NCBI GenBank assembly: GCA_964515375.1
Contig: CAZERF010000005.1
Location: 22,482 to 86,481, forward strand
From: an uncultured Candidatus Saccharibacteria bacterium
GTDB taxonomy: Bacteria; Patescibacteriota; Minisyncoccia; Phycocordibacterales; UBA6899
Length of the DNA stretch: 64,000 bases
Direction of reading: 5' to 3'
Part shown: positions 29,609-39,629 of the stretch, piece after piece
How the letters are laid out: each line of letters starts with the position of its first letter
How positions within the stretch are numbered: position 1 is the stretch's first letter
The notes under the pieces: model-generated
What the model was told of the DNA's origin: nothing
Seen by the model: only the letters and a program-made list of their open reading frames with translations
Databases searched by the model: none
Position numbers and translations under genes: made by a program

Positions 29609-30626
29609 CATGCACGAAGAATTCGATTTCATCGCAGTGGGAGACACGGTCACGGACGCGTTCATTCGCATCAAACAGGCCAGTGTATACTCCATCGAAA
29701 ATCCCGACGGAACAACTGAGGAAGAGTTGTGTCTCGTCAACGGAACAAAGATCCCTTACGAGTTTGCCGTTGTCCTTGCGGGAGTTGGAAACGCCGCAAA
29801 CGCGGCGGTATCCTCGTCACGACTCGGACTCAAGACCGGACTCGTGACCGATATCGGCGCGGACGATCATGGCAAAGAGATCCTCGCTTCTTTTGCCGAA
29901 AAAGGAGTCGACTCATCTTTCGTACGTGTCCACGAAAACAAGGTCTCCAACTACCATTACGTACTCTGGCATAATGCGGAACGCACGATCTTGATCAAGC
30001 ATGAAGAGTACCCCTATGCACTCCCCGCGATCGGAAAACCTCGCTGGCTCTACTTCAGTTCGGTCGGAGATAATTCGCTTCCCTACCACGAGGAGATCGC
30101 GCGCTACCTTGTCGCAAATCCTGAAGTGAAGCTTGCCTTCCAGCCGGGAACCTTCCAGATCAAACTCGGGAAAGAAGCACTGAAAGACCTCTACACGCAC
30201 ACCGAGATCTTTTTCTGCAATGTCGAGGAAGCACGTCTCATTCTTGGCGTCTCTGAACCCGAGCCCGCAAAACTCCCCAAGATGATGAGTGCGATCGGAC
30301 CCAAGATCTCCGTCATTACCGATGGACCGAAGGGTGCTTACGCATACGACAGTCGGACCGATACCACATACTTCATGCCCCCCTACCCCGACCCGAAGCC
30401 GCCCTACGAGCGAACCGGCGCGGGAGACGCCTGCGCATCAACGATCACCGTAGCCCTCGCGCTCGGACTTCCTCTTGAAACAGCGCTTGCGTGGGGTCCG
30501 ATCAATTCGATGTCGGTCGTTCAGTCTATCGGCGCACAAGAAGGACTTCTTCATCGCGATGCGCTTGAAAAGTATCTCGCCGAAAGACCCGAAAACTACA
30601 CTGCGACGGTTCTCACGCTTGAATAG
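29609..30626 (+). CDS. PfkB-family carbohydrate kinase (candidate phosphofructokinase/sugar kinase)
   Basis: Ribokinase-like fold, TGAGDA motif. Divergent from fba. Start at MHEEFDF. Confidence 0.75.
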
Positions 30627-30639
30627 AGATCGCGCGCAG

Positions 30640-30675
30640 CGAAAAGCACCTTCATTACGAAGGTGCTTTTTTGTT
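30640..30675 (+). terminator. Terminator after pfkB-family gene
   Basis: aaaagcaccttc-attac-gaaggtgctttt-ttgtt. Confidence 0.6.
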
Positions 30676-30695
30676 CACAAAAAAAAACGAATGAC

Positions 30696-31073
30696 CTAAG
30701 AGAAGAATATTGTGATCCTCGAAAAAGAGAGTGTCACAACGACAATGATCGCAAAGACGAAAGCCAAAAGTACCGCCCCTGCGCCCATATCCTTGCTCAT
30801 CCCGATCAGCTCATGGTCTTCAGGGTGAACGCGTTCCAACATTGTCTCAAATGCTGTATTGACCAGTTCAACAATAAGGATCAGCGCATAAGAGAGCACA
30901 AAGAAGAGTAACTCCCATGGCGCAAAAGGCCACAAAAGAATACCGACGAGAAAGTATGCCGGGAGCCCATACACGACTTCCATATGAAAACTCTTGTCGG
31001 TGCGAAACGCATGACGAAGCCCCTTTGCACCGAACCGCACACTCCGAATGATCTTGGTGATATCTTTTTTCAT
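30696..31073 (-). CDS. dgkA: Diacylglycerol/undecaprenol kinase family (DgkA-like, 125 aa)
   Basis: Three TM helices; ELVNTAFE...MSKDMGAGAV motif. Confidence 0.75.
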   Translation of the reverse strand: MKKDITKIIRSVRFGAKGLRHAFRTDKSFHMEVVYGLPAYFLVGILLWPFAPWELLFFVLSYALILIVELVNTAFETMLERVHPEDHELIGMSKDMGAGAVLLAFVFAIIVVVTLSFSRITIFFS

Positions 31074-31089
31074 GACATGCTCTGAAATA

Positions 31090-31674
31090 TTATCGAAGGA
31101 CCTTCAGTTCTTTCCACCAATCCGACGAATGAGTGGTTTGCAATGCTTCCCACAAACGCTTCGCGGAATCGGTCCGAAGTGCCTGACCGGTGTTCACGAT
31201 CCAGTCGTCCGCACGCTCGTATCCTTCATCACGATACTCCTTCGCGGTAAACGCGCAATCGAGATAGTCGGCGTCCTTTGCGATGATTCCCGCGGTATCG
31301 GAACGCTCTTCAACGCGCATCCATAATCTACGAATACTCTCACCCATATCATGAAGCGGAGAGGTCTGTTCCGCGACCGCTTCCTTTCCGTGTTCTTCGA
31401 TAATATAACGGCGCGCGATCTTGTGAATGTCGCCGATGCGTGTCTCACTCATATCGTGAAAGACAAGCATCGCCGCGACCTCTTCAGGGTTCTGGTACCC
31501 CTCCATGAGCGCGAGGATATAGCCGATCTGTGCCGCGCGCAGCGAATGTTCCGCGACCGTCTCTTTTTCCGCGACGCGAATGAGCTTCCATCCTGAACGT
31601 CTCTCTTCGCGCAATTGCCCCATCTCAAAAACAAAGTTCGTGATCGCGCGTAATTCTTCGGAATGTTGTTCCAT
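31090..31674 (-). CDS. HD-domain hydrolase, YfbR-like 5'-deoxynucleotidase family
   Basis: VAEHSLRAAQIGYILA...FHDMSETRIGDI. Confidence 0.65.
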   Translation of the reverse strand: MEQHSEELRAITNFVFEMGQLREERRSGWKLIRVAEKETVAEHSLRAAQIGYILALMEGYQNPEEVAAMLVFHDMSETRIGDIHKIARRYIIEEHGKEAVAEQTSPLHDMGESIRRLWMRVEERSDTAGIIAKDADYLDCAFTAKEYRDEGYERADDWIVNTGQALRTDSAKRLWEALQTTHSSDWWKELKVLR

Positions 31675-31694
31675 AGCAGTTCGAGATTATTTGA

Positions 31695-33998
31695 TCATAA
31701 ATGCGCATGACGACCGCGTTCGAGATGTGCGATATAACGTTCGTTTTTCTTGCGATGGCGGAGGAAGAGACCGAAGGCAGAGAGTCCGATGCCGACTGAT
31801 GCCAAGAAAAGCGCGAAGGAGAGGACGGGCACGAGCGAGCGAGTAGGTTTGGTCGTCTCAAGCGTGCGCGCAACAACGACCCCTGAAAGGTCCTTTGTAA
31901 AGGAGACCGGGGAGGAGCGAGCAAGGATCCTTCCCTTTCCATCCGCAAGTGACACAATAGCCTCATGCGTACCAAGAGGAAGAGTTTCGTCAAGCACAAG
32001 AGACCATGTTCCCGACGCATTCGCCTGCACAACACGAATGATGGGGTCAGAAAAGACAAACAAAGAAACAAAAGAATACGACGGTGCCGATCCAGCAAAA
32101 CGAAGTGGTGCATTAGATCCGGAATCAGGCGCGCGTTCGATCTCGGTGATCTCAAGAATGTCGGGACGAGTAATTCCCGAAAGACGTGGATCATCGTCGA
32201 CCAACTGCTCGGAAAGCGCGGGGTCGGAAGCCTGATCACCGCGCGGATCGGTGCGTGAAACGATCTCTTCTCCGTCAAGTGCGCCGTCCTCGTCGGAATC
32301 CTTTCGTTCAGGGTCGGTGCCGTATATATGCACCTCGTCAAAATCCATCACCGCATCCCCGTCACTATCAACAAACACACGAACACCAGAACGCGACGAG
32401 AGATACTCACCGATCGCGGCGGTGCGGAGTGCCACGGAATCCGCCCGGTCTTCGATCGTCTCCAAGGAAGCGAGGTCTGCACGTGTGAGCACGCGCGTAC
32501 AGAGCGCGCGCTGTTCTTCTTGTCCGCAGAACGAGACAAGGTCGGTCGCGGAACGCACGATCATGGGAATGTCTTTCGGACGGCGAGTATGATCGGAGAG
32601 CAATCGCTCGATACGGTCGAAGGAGACTCCATCTGCAAGTGATACCGGCGCGAGTGCCTCGAGTGAAACAACCATACGCTGTGCACTCGCACGACACGAT
32701 GAACCCACCGCGTGCTCACACAGCAAAAGACACGCCACCTCATCAGGACACGCAAGCAATTCTCCATCCGAAACGATCGTTGTTGTCACAGAGGTGCCGT
32801 GTACCAAAACCGAGGTCGCGAGATCAGAGGTTAGCTGAGAAACCTGAAGAGAGCTGGATGAGCTTTGAGGAACAAGTGCAACACTAACCATATTGCTCTC
32901 TTTTGTCTTCCCGTCACGCGCAGAGATGCGAGCACGCACGTGATACACCCCCGGAGAAAGCACTCTTGTGTCCCACATGAACATCCACACCTCCTGTCCG
33001 GAAAAAGAAAGTAGATCATCATAAACCCCGAATCCAAGCGTGCTCGTCGCACCCTTCTCCCCCTCCGAAACAATGAACTCAACCTTGCGCGCGGAAGGAG
33101 TGATGACACGTAACTCCAAGTCTGTTCCCGTCGTGCGAGAACCCCCTTCCGCGACAAACACATTATCATCAAAGACCTTGAGCACTGAGGTAGGAAGAGG
33201 CGGGGGGATCACGCCTGAAACGGAAGACGAGGAGATCGTTTCCTTTGTTGAAGGTTGATCAAAAGGTGTTCCAGGGATCACCGTGATAGAGGTTGAGCTC
33301 GATGACGCGCCGTCACAAGTACCTGCTATTGAAAAAGAACCCGCGGAAGCACCCTCGGGAACGAAACCCGTTACCGGAACTCCCTGCCACTCATAATCCC
33401 CGGCCGGCAAGACCGTCCTTCCCCATTCGATCCTTTTTGCGGAGATGTCACGGAGTGACCGAAGAAGAAAATATCCCCCACCCGGTTCCGAGATACCAAA
33501 AAAGACCTCACGATGAAGTACACCCGAAGTGCAATCATTGACCGGAGCAGGCGTCACGCTGAAGGAGATTCTCGAGGAAATATCAATACCCTCCGGAATG
33601 ACCGCGACCGCCGGTTCACTTAAAAATGAAGAATTTCCGGCCGCATCCACCGCGGCAACGACATATTCAACACGCGTTCCCGGGGGAAAGAAAGTAGGGT
33701 CTGTAAAGATGTTGGAGCGTGAACGAGCAAAAAGTGTTCCATTGCGAAAAATTCGATATTCTGCGATCGCAGAAATAGACTCGGGGATACTCCATGAAAG
33801 TGCGATCCCCCCCCCAGAGACACGCTCAACACGCAGTATCGGCTCAAGTATCGAGACTCGCTCCGCGATACGACGCGCGCCTTCTTGAGGAACAGAGAAC
33901 AAGAACGAGAGCGTTGCGATCGCGCAGATCGCAACGATCGCGACCATGTGTTCTGTCATGTATACGAACACTCCTAATTTCTTGCTCCATTTCCGCAT
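31695..33998 (-). CDS. Cell-surface protein with FN3-like domains, thrombospondin-type-3-like Ca-binding Asp repeats and C-terminal TM anchor
   Basis: N-terminal TM/signal; DSDGDAVMDFDE...DSDEDGALDGEE repeats; C-terminal LVPVLSFALFLASVGIGLSAFGLFLRHRKKN anchor. Confidence 0.55.
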   Translation of the reverse strand: MRKWSKKLGVFVYMTEHMVAIVAICAIATLSFLFSVPQEGARRIAERVSILEPILRVERVSGGGIALSWSIPESISAIAEYRIFRNGTLFARSRSNIFTDPTFFPPGTRVEYVVAAVDAAGNSSFLSEPAVAVIPEGIDISSRISFSVTPAPVNDCTSGVLHREVFFGISEPGGGYFLLRSLRDISAKRIEWGRTVLPAGDYEWQGVPVTGFVPEGASAGSFSIAGTCDGASSSSTSITVIPGTPFDQPSTKETISSSSVSGVIPPPLPTSVLKVFDDNVFVAEGGSRTTGTDLELRVITPSARKVEFIVSEGEKGATSTLGFGVYDDLLSFSGQEVWMFMWDTRVLSPGVYHVRARISARDGKTKESNMVSVALVPQSSSSSLQVSQLTSDLATSVLVHGTSVTTTIVSDGELLACPDEVACLLLCEHAVGSSCRASAQRMVVSLEALAPVSLADGVSFDRIERLLSDHTRRPKDIPMIVRSATDLVSFCGQEEQRALCTRVLTRADLASLETIEDRADSVALRTAAIGEYLSSRSGVRVFVDSDGDAVMDFDEVHIYGTDPERKDSDEDGALDGEEIVSRTDPRGDQASDPALSEQLVDDDPRLSGITRPDILEITEIERAPDSGSNAPLRFAGSAPSYSFVSLFVFSDPIIRVVQANASGTWSLVLDETLPLGTHEAIVSLADGKGRILARSSPVSFTKDLSGVVVARTLETTKPTRSLVPVLSFALFLASVGIGLSAFGLFLRHRKKNERYIAHLERGRHAHL

Positions 33999-34002
33999 AA
34001 TA

Positions 34003-34995
34003 TCAGGACTGCGCGATCACGCGTTTGACCGCCGCGACGATCGCCGTGACTCCGAGTCCGTAATGTTCGACCAATTCTTCGGGTGTCCCGGACTGCCCGA
34101 AACGATCATCGATACCAACGAAAGCCTGCCGGGTCGGGTGTGTCTTCGAGAGGAATTCCGCGATCGCACTGCCAAGCCCTCCCGTTTGCTGGTGATCCTC
34201 GACAGAAACAACAGCTCCCGCTTCCTTGGCAACCGCAAGGACAGCCTCTTCGTCAAACGGCTTAATGGTCGCCATGTGGAGCACCGAGACTCCGACTCCG
34301 TCACGTTCAAGCGCGCGGGCAGCAAGGAGTGTGTTGTACGCCATTCCCCCGGTCGTGATCAAGGCCGCCTGAGGAGAAAATCCAACCTTCGGAACAAAAA
34401 GTACTCTCGCTTTCCCGATCTCAAAAGGTGTCGAATCGGTCGTAATGATCGGTGTCGCTTCTCGAACCAAACGCAAATAGACCGGACCGGAGAAGGCCGC
34501 GATGGCAAGCGTCGCCTTCTTTGCTTCAATGGAATCACACGGAGCGATGACCGTCATGCGCGGAATGACCCGCATGAGCGCAATGTCTTCGAGTGCTTGA
34601 TGTGTCCCTCCGTCGGGGCCGACAACGATCCCCGAGTGGCTCCCCACGATCTTGCAGTTCGTGTCATTATAGGCAATGGTCGTGCGGATCTGCTCCCAAT
34701 TGCGGCCTGGAGAGAACGCAGCATAAGAGGAGAGGAACGGGATCTTCCCCATCGCTGCCATTCCGGACGCAACAGAAGCCATTGATTGTTCCGCGATCCC
34801 TGCCTGAACGAATCGCTCAGGGAAACGCTTTGCAAAAAGATGCATCATCGTCGACTCGGTAAGGTCTGCAGAAAGACCAACGATCCGGTGGTCGCGCTCG
34901 GCGGCATCGAGCAATCCTTCGCCGAACCCCTTTCGGATCGGCGCGCGCTCCACATCGTCGTCAAAAAGTTTTGGGTTGAGGGGTACGGTATTCAT
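34003..34995 (-). CDS. tktB: Transketolase, C-terminal (pyrimidine-binding) subunit of split enzyme
   Basis: FVQAGIAEQSMASVASGMA...GPDGGTHQALEDIALMRVIP. Confidence 0.9.
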   Translation of the reverse strand: MNTVPLNPKLFDDDVERAPIRKGFGEGLLDAAERDHRIVGLSADLTESTMMHLFAKRFPERFVQAGIAEQSMASVASGMAAMGKIPFLSSYAAFSPGRNWEQIRTTIAYNDTNCKIVGSHSGIVVGPDGGTHQALEDIALMRVIPRMTVIAPCDSIEAKKATLAIAAFSGPVYLRLVREATPIITTDSTPFEIGKARVLFVPKVGFSPQAALITTGGMAYNTLLAARALERDGVGVSVLHMATIKPFDEEAVLAVAKEAGAVVSVEDHQQTGGLGSAIAEFLSKTHPTRQAFVGIDDRFGQSGTPEELVEHYGLGVTAIVAAVKRVIAQS

Positions 34996-35903
34996 AGGTG
35001 TTCGGGAGTATGTTCGCTTTTGATCGAACCTCGTAATGTGCGTAACTCTGCAAGCGCCTCGTCGCCTTGCTTGTCCTTGGCAATAACATCCGCCGGACCC
35101 TTACCAGGAGGATTGCCGTGCCATGCCGGGCGACGCTCCATAAAGCTCACCCCCTTCCCGGGGACCGTGTGTGCAATAATGACCGATGGCTTACTAAAGA
35201 ACGAACGAGCTTCATTGATCGCATTGTTGACCTCGGAAAGATCGTGCCCGTCCACTTCCTGAACATGCCATCCGAACGCCGTCCACTTTTCGGCGAGCGG
35301 TTCGAGCGGCATGACGTCCTCGGTATACCCGTCGATCTGAATATTGTTGCGGTCGACGATCGCGGTCACATTGTGAAGTCGTTCTTTCCCGGCAAGCATC
35401 ATTGCTTCCCAGTTCTGTCCCTCGTCGAGCTCTCCGTCACCCATGATGCAATAATAAGAGCGATTGGATTCGGGTCCGCGGTCCATGCGGTCCGCGAGCG
35501 CCATGCCGACCGTCTGTGAGAGACCTGAACCGAGCGGCCCCGAAGAGGTCTCGAGTCCCGGCAACCATTCACGATGAGGGTGCCCCTGCAAACGCGAGCC
35601 GAACTTGCGCAAGGTTCTCTTTGCTTCCTCAACGGAAAAATACCCCGAATGCGCCATTGCTGCATAGAGGACGGGGCAAATGTGACCATTCGAAAGCACG
35701 AGACGATCACGGTCCTCCCATTCGGGATTCTTGGGATCGTGATGAAGGACGTGGAAATAAAGGAGCGTAAAGATATCCGCCATGCCAAGCGGTCCGGCCG
35801 TATGCCCCGATCCCGCTTCAAGTAACATTTCGATCACCGTCTGACGCACGTCATTGGCAATAAGCTCAAGCTCCTTCAACTTCTGGTCGTGGAGGTGTTC
35901 CAT
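34992..35903 (-). CDS. tktA: Transketolase, N-terminal (TPP-binding) subunit of split enzyme
   Basis: GSGHTAGPLGMADI...GDGELDEGQNWEA. Start taken at MEHLHDQ; 4-nt overlap with the downstream subunit. Confidence 0.9.
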   Translation of the reverse strand: MEHLHDQKLKELELIANDVRQTVIEMLLEAGSGHTAGPLGMADIFTLLYFHVLHHDPKNPEWEDRDRLVLSNGHICPVLYAAMAHSGYFSVEEAKRTLRKFGSRLQGHPHREWLPGLETSSGPLGSGLSQTVGMALADRMDRGPESNRSYYCIMGDGELDEGQNWEAMMLAGKERLHNVTAIVDRNNIQIDGYTEDVMPLEPLAEKWTAFGWHVQEVDGHDLSEVNNAINEARSFFSKPSVIIAHTVPGKGVSFMERRPAWHGNPPGKGPADVIAKDKQGDEALAELRTLRGSIKSEHTPEHL

Positions 35904-35967
35904 AGTATCTCTATTGTATACCAGAACAGAGAAATCCCCATCCACTAATCCCCAACCAAGGAACGTG

Positions 35968-36678
35968 TCAGCACGCTTCGAGCGCGCGCACCGCGGCTTC
36001 GACGTCTTCCGCACCAAATATCGCCGAACCTGCGACCAGACGAGTCGCTCCCGCCGCGACGAGATCTCCGGCAGTATCCATGCTCACTCCTCCATCGATA
36101 CTGATCGGAAGATTCGAATACGCGTTGCGGATCGTGTTGACCATAACAAGAACTCGCTCATCAAAAGGCTGCCCCTGATACCCGATCCGAGAGATGCCCA
36201 TGCACTGAATGAAGTCGACGTGATCGCAATAAGGCAACACCGACTCGAGCGGAGTCCCCGGGGTGATCGCGAGTCCGATCTCGACGACCTTTTGCCCTCC
36301 GATATCACGCGCGCCCTCCTTCCAAATGTCATGCGCCCAAAAAAGTTCGTGATCCTTGATCGCTTCAATATGAAAGATAAGTCGCGATGCGCCCAAGGGG
36401 AGCCACTCGTCAATGTGACGTTCCGGCTCTGCGATCATGAGATCGATCTCATAGTCGAGCTCATCAAAGAACGGAAGCTCTTCCTCTTGCGCCGCCATGG
36501 AGACAAAGTGCGGATCAGAGGGTGTTCCCGCTTCACGATACGGCCAACTTTTTGATGCGACAAATTTTCCGTCCATAATGTCGATCTGCGCCAAAGGGAC
36601 AAGCTCACGCACACGTGTCGCCTTCAACATCAAATCATCGTAATTTTCAGGCATTATTGCCGGTATTATTTCGAGCAT
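35968..36678 (-). CDS. rpe: Ribulose-phosphate 3-epimerase family protein
   Basis: IDIMDGKFV..., TIM-barrel RPE-like motifs. Contains insertions. Confidence 0.7.
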   Translation of the reverse strand: MLEIIPAIMPENYDDLMLKATRVRELVPLAQIDIMDGKFVASKSWPYREAGTPSDPHFVSMAAQEEELPFFDELDYEIDLMIAEPERHIDEWLPLGASRLIFHIEAIKDHELFWAHDIWKEGARDIGGQKVVEIGLAITPGTPLESVLPYCDHVDFIQCMGISRIGYQGQPFDERVLVMVNTIRNAYSNLPISIDGGVSMDTAGDLVAAGATRLVAGSAIFGAEDVEAAVRALEAC

Positions 36679-36704
36679 AGAAGATAAGTTAGTGCTTTCA
36701 TTTA

Positions 36705-36713
36705 TCGATTATC
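36705..36713 (-). promoter_or_regulatory. Extended -10 TGcGATAAT upstream of rpe
   Basis: Minus strand gtagcttttgTGCGATAATcg, about 27 nt before the ATG. Confidence 0.35.
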
Positions 36714-36896
36714 GCACAAAAGCTACTTTCTCAACAATATCCAAACACAATACTTCCAACGTAAAAAGTAGGGCAGAATTTCCATCCCAAGCGAGATGTT
36801 GCTTTTTGAGTGACTACGGAGCACGACAGTGCGAGTCTGAGCAAAAAGTCAGCAGACTTTTATGCGTGCACTCAAAAAAGCAATGTCGAGTGAGCT

Positions 36897-37358
36897 TTAC
36901 CGGTACGGCCAGATCTGCTCGATCTTCTTGATCCGTCGCACGTGACGCTCTTCGTCGAGAAATTGCGTCTCGAGCCACAGCTTCACCGCCGCCTTCGCTT
37001 CATCAAGCGAAAGGAAGCGTGCACCGAGCGAGAGCACATTCGCATTATTGTGTTCGCGCGAGAGTTTGATGAGATCGAGCGGCCCGCCGTAGTAGAGGGC
37101 GCAACGCACGTTCGGATAGCGATTCGCCACGATCGCCTCTCCCTGCCCCGATCCACCGAGTACCACCGCACGCGAAGAAGAAGGGTCATGCGAAACTTCC
37201 TGCGCGGCGAGCGTAATGAAGTCCGGGTAGTCATCTTCGGGATCATTCTGATGCGCCCCCATGTCGGCGACCGTATACCCGAGATCTTTCTCGATATACG
37301 AGGCCAATGCTTCCTTCATATCATATCCCGCATGATCGGTTGCAATATATATTTTCAT
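36897..37358 (-). CDS. rpiB: Ribose-5-phosphate isomerase B
   Basis: MKIYIATDHAGYDMKEAL..., RpiB/LacAB family. Confidence 0.9.
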   Translation of the reverse strand: MKIYIATDHAGYDMKEALASYIEKDLGYTVADMGAHQNDPEDDYPDFITLAAQEVSHDPSSSRAVVLGGSGQGEAIVANRYPNVRCALYYGGPLDLIKLSREHNNANVLSLGARFLSLDEAKAAVKLWLETQFLDEERHVRRIKKIEQIWPYR

Positions 37359-37449
37359 GCATCAATTGTACCCGCGGATAGTGTTTTGGAAAAGATACTC
37401 ACATAAACACGACATGTTTCGATACCAAAAAACTTGCGATCCATTCTTG

Positions 37450-37480
37450 TACAACAAAAAGCCCTTACCGAAGTAAGGGC
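37450..37480 (-). terminator. Terminator after hypothetical gene 37531-38196
   Basis: agcccttac-cgaa-gtaagggct with T5 on the minus strand. Confidence 0.6.
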
Positions 37481-37530
37481 TCCAAGGGTCAAAGACCCAG
37501 ATTTGAAACAAGGTACCAAGCGACCAAGGG

Positions 37531-38196
37531 CTATAAGTCGCAGAAGCACAACAGGCAGAAGTCGCCGCTCCAGTCAAACTCGAAGTAACCGAGGTAGAAC
37601 TCCCAGCCACCGTCCGAGTGGCGGTACACGAACGGCACCCCGTGGTAGCCGACGGAGTCGGTCCAGAGCGCATCCTTCTCGTCGAAGGACACAGTCCATT
37701 TACCGACAGGGAATTCGTCCGCCTTCTGGTCCTGCAACAGCGTCACGCCCTGCCCGCCCACGAGGATGGCTCCCTGCTTCTTCAGGAAGGTCATGCAGTC
37801 TTCACTGGTGACCGTCGAGAGGATTGGGAAGATTCGCACGCGGTACTTCTTGCCCGGCTCCAGCTTGTTCGTCGCCTTGGCGAAGTTCTTGCTGTTCAGG
37901 TCATCGTTGAAGTAGTAGGTGGTCGGGAGCTTCTTGGTCTTCTTGGCGAAGGTGTCGAGCTGGGTGTCGTGCTTGTAGTCTGCCGGCACCGTGAACTCGA
38001 AGTCCTTGACCGCCGGACCGAAGCGCTGGTCCACCATGGCGAGTTTCTGAAGGATGGGCTTCACTTGCTCTTGCAACGCGCACCCCTCCGCAATGACCCT
38101 TTCCGCTTCATCTTCCGAGAGTTCGAGCGTGTCGACCGCAACCTCAAAGATCCTCGCGATGCGAGCCCCTTGTATCGACTTCATCTTTTTCATCAT
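37531..38196 (-). CDS. Hypothetical protein with strikingly GC3-rich codon usage
   Basis: 221 aa, no recognisable motif. Codons dominated by GAG/CTC/GTC/CGC, unlike neighbours. Antisense ORF artefact 37618-38271 is typical of high-GC3 genes. Confidence 0.5.
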   Translation of the reverse strand: MMKKMKSIQGARIARIFEVAVDTLELSEDEAERVIAEGCALQEQVKPILQKLAMVDQRFGPAVKDFEFTVPADYKHDTQLDTFAKKTKKLPTTYYFNDDLNSKNFAKATNKLEPGKKYRVRIFPILSTVTSEDCMTFLKKQGAILVGGQGVTLLQDQKADEFPVGKWTVSFDEKDALWTDSVGYHGVPFVYRHSDGGWEFYLGYFEFDWSGDFCLLCFCDL

Positions 38197-38264
38197 GATC
38201 TTTCTTCCTCAATGTACGATCCGGAGTCTGCCGGAGCAGTTACAAGGTTATGTTGCTATCTTTT

Positions 38265-38273
38265 ATTATAGCA
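38265..38273 (-). promoter_or_regulatory. Extended -10 promoter TGcTATAAT with T-rich upstream tract
   Basis: Minus strand ttcttttttgTGCTATAATaaaag, about 70 nt upstream of the 38196 ATG. Confidence 0.45.
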
Positions 38274-38543
38274 CAAAAAAGAAAAACTTGCAACTATTTG
38301 TATAACCTCACCTCTTTCTGCACTTCCTGCTCTTGTGCCACTCTGTAGTGAGACGACAATAATATCAAATGGTCTTTTCAAAAAATTTTCTTTTTTGCCT
38401 CTACCTTTTGGAAGACACGCATAATTTTCTGCTGAAAATTTGCTCCTCTCGCGCCGCCGCGCTCCGAAAGTCTTCCAAAAGCTAAGGCAGTGTTCGCGTG
38501 ACACAAAAAGTATGGGCGTTTCGGGGGCACACAAAGTTTCTTT

Positions 38544-39626
38544 CTATTTTCCAGATTTTGTGCGATTGTCTTGCTTGCAGAGCATCTGACAATTCCCCGC
38601 GATCGTTTTTCCTCCCTCGTGCCACGGCATGACATGGTCGGCCTCCATTTCGTCTATCGAAAAATGCTTCTGACACTTCACACAAATACCTTTTTGTTTT
38701 TCATATGCTTCACGTTTCTGGTTTTCCGTGAAAGCGCGAATGCTTAAGTATCGTTCATTACGCGTGAGCACATACTCATAAATACCGGACTTCTTCGTCA
38801 CGTCCTCATCCTGCATGAGCCTTGCGATCTCGATCTCAATACTCTTTGAAGCGATCTTTGCATCCTTGAATGCATTATAGAGTGGGCCAAATGAGACCCC
38901 CTTCATTTCTTTGCGATAATTCGGGAAGGTCGTCTGTATCCAATTGATGACACCCTGAAAATATAGCCATAATTCATTTGCATTCGGTTCATGCTGATGT
39001 GTTGCCATGTACTGCTCGATGTTTCCGCCACTTACCCAATCAATAGCGGTCTCCAAATAATCCTGCCGTATCGGCGAGCCGGCCAAATAATTACTCCCAA
39101 TCGCATAAGCGGGACACCCTGATTTGCTAAAATACTTCTTTGCTTCAGTGAGCCATGTGCCGGTATAGATTGCATTGCGGAGTTCTTGGTCAGTCAGTTT
39201 TTCTCCTGCAATATTTATAGTCTTGAACCAATCCAGTTTTTCCTTGTCGTTCCCCTCACAAAAATAGACCATCAATTTATACGCAAGAATCTGTTCCCTC
39301 TCAACGTCTTCGAGGTTGTGAAAGTATTGATAGTTGATCGAGAAGTTTCCGGTCACATATTCACAAATACTAATCGTTCGCTGCTGTCCGTCGAGCACCT
39401 CGAACGAATCATTGCTATTTTTCACCCAATACATGACGTTGAGGGGGAAATTTTTACGCACCGTTTCGATCACCGCATCACGTTGTTTATCCTTGTAGAC
39501 AAACTCGCGCTGATATTTGGGGCGAATATTTAGTCTTCCGCAATAACCCACCACGCCTTCTTCGTTGCTGTTAACGTATTTATCAACAACTTCTCGAATC
39601 GTTATTTCTTTCAGTTCGATTTTCAT
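38544..39626 (-). CDS. DUF262 (ParB-like, DGQQR) + C-terminal HNH nuclease; GmrSD-like / type IV restriction-type enzyme
   Basis: VLDGQQRTISI motif. C-terminal HNH: EADHVMPWHEGGKTIAGNCQMLCKQDNRTK. Low-GC region. Confidence 0.8.
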   Translation of the reverse strand: MKIELKEITIREVVDKYVNSNEEGVVGYCGRLNIRPKYQREFVYKDKQRDAVIETVRKNFPLNVMYWVKNSNDSFEVLDGQQRTISICEYVTGNFSINYQYFHNLEDVEREQILAYKLMVYFCEGNDKEKLDWFKTINIAGEKLTDQELRNAIYTGTWLTEAKKYFSKSGCPAYAIGSNYLAGSPIRQDYLETAIDWVSGGNIEQYMATHQHEPNANELWLYFQGVINWIQTTFPNYRKEMKGVSFGPLYNAFKDAKIASKSIEIEIARLMQDEDVTKKSGIYEYVLTRNERYLSIRAFTENQKREAYEKQKGICVKCQKHFSIDEMEADHVMPWHEGGKTIAGNCQMLCKQDNRTKSGK

Positions 39627-39629
39627 TTT

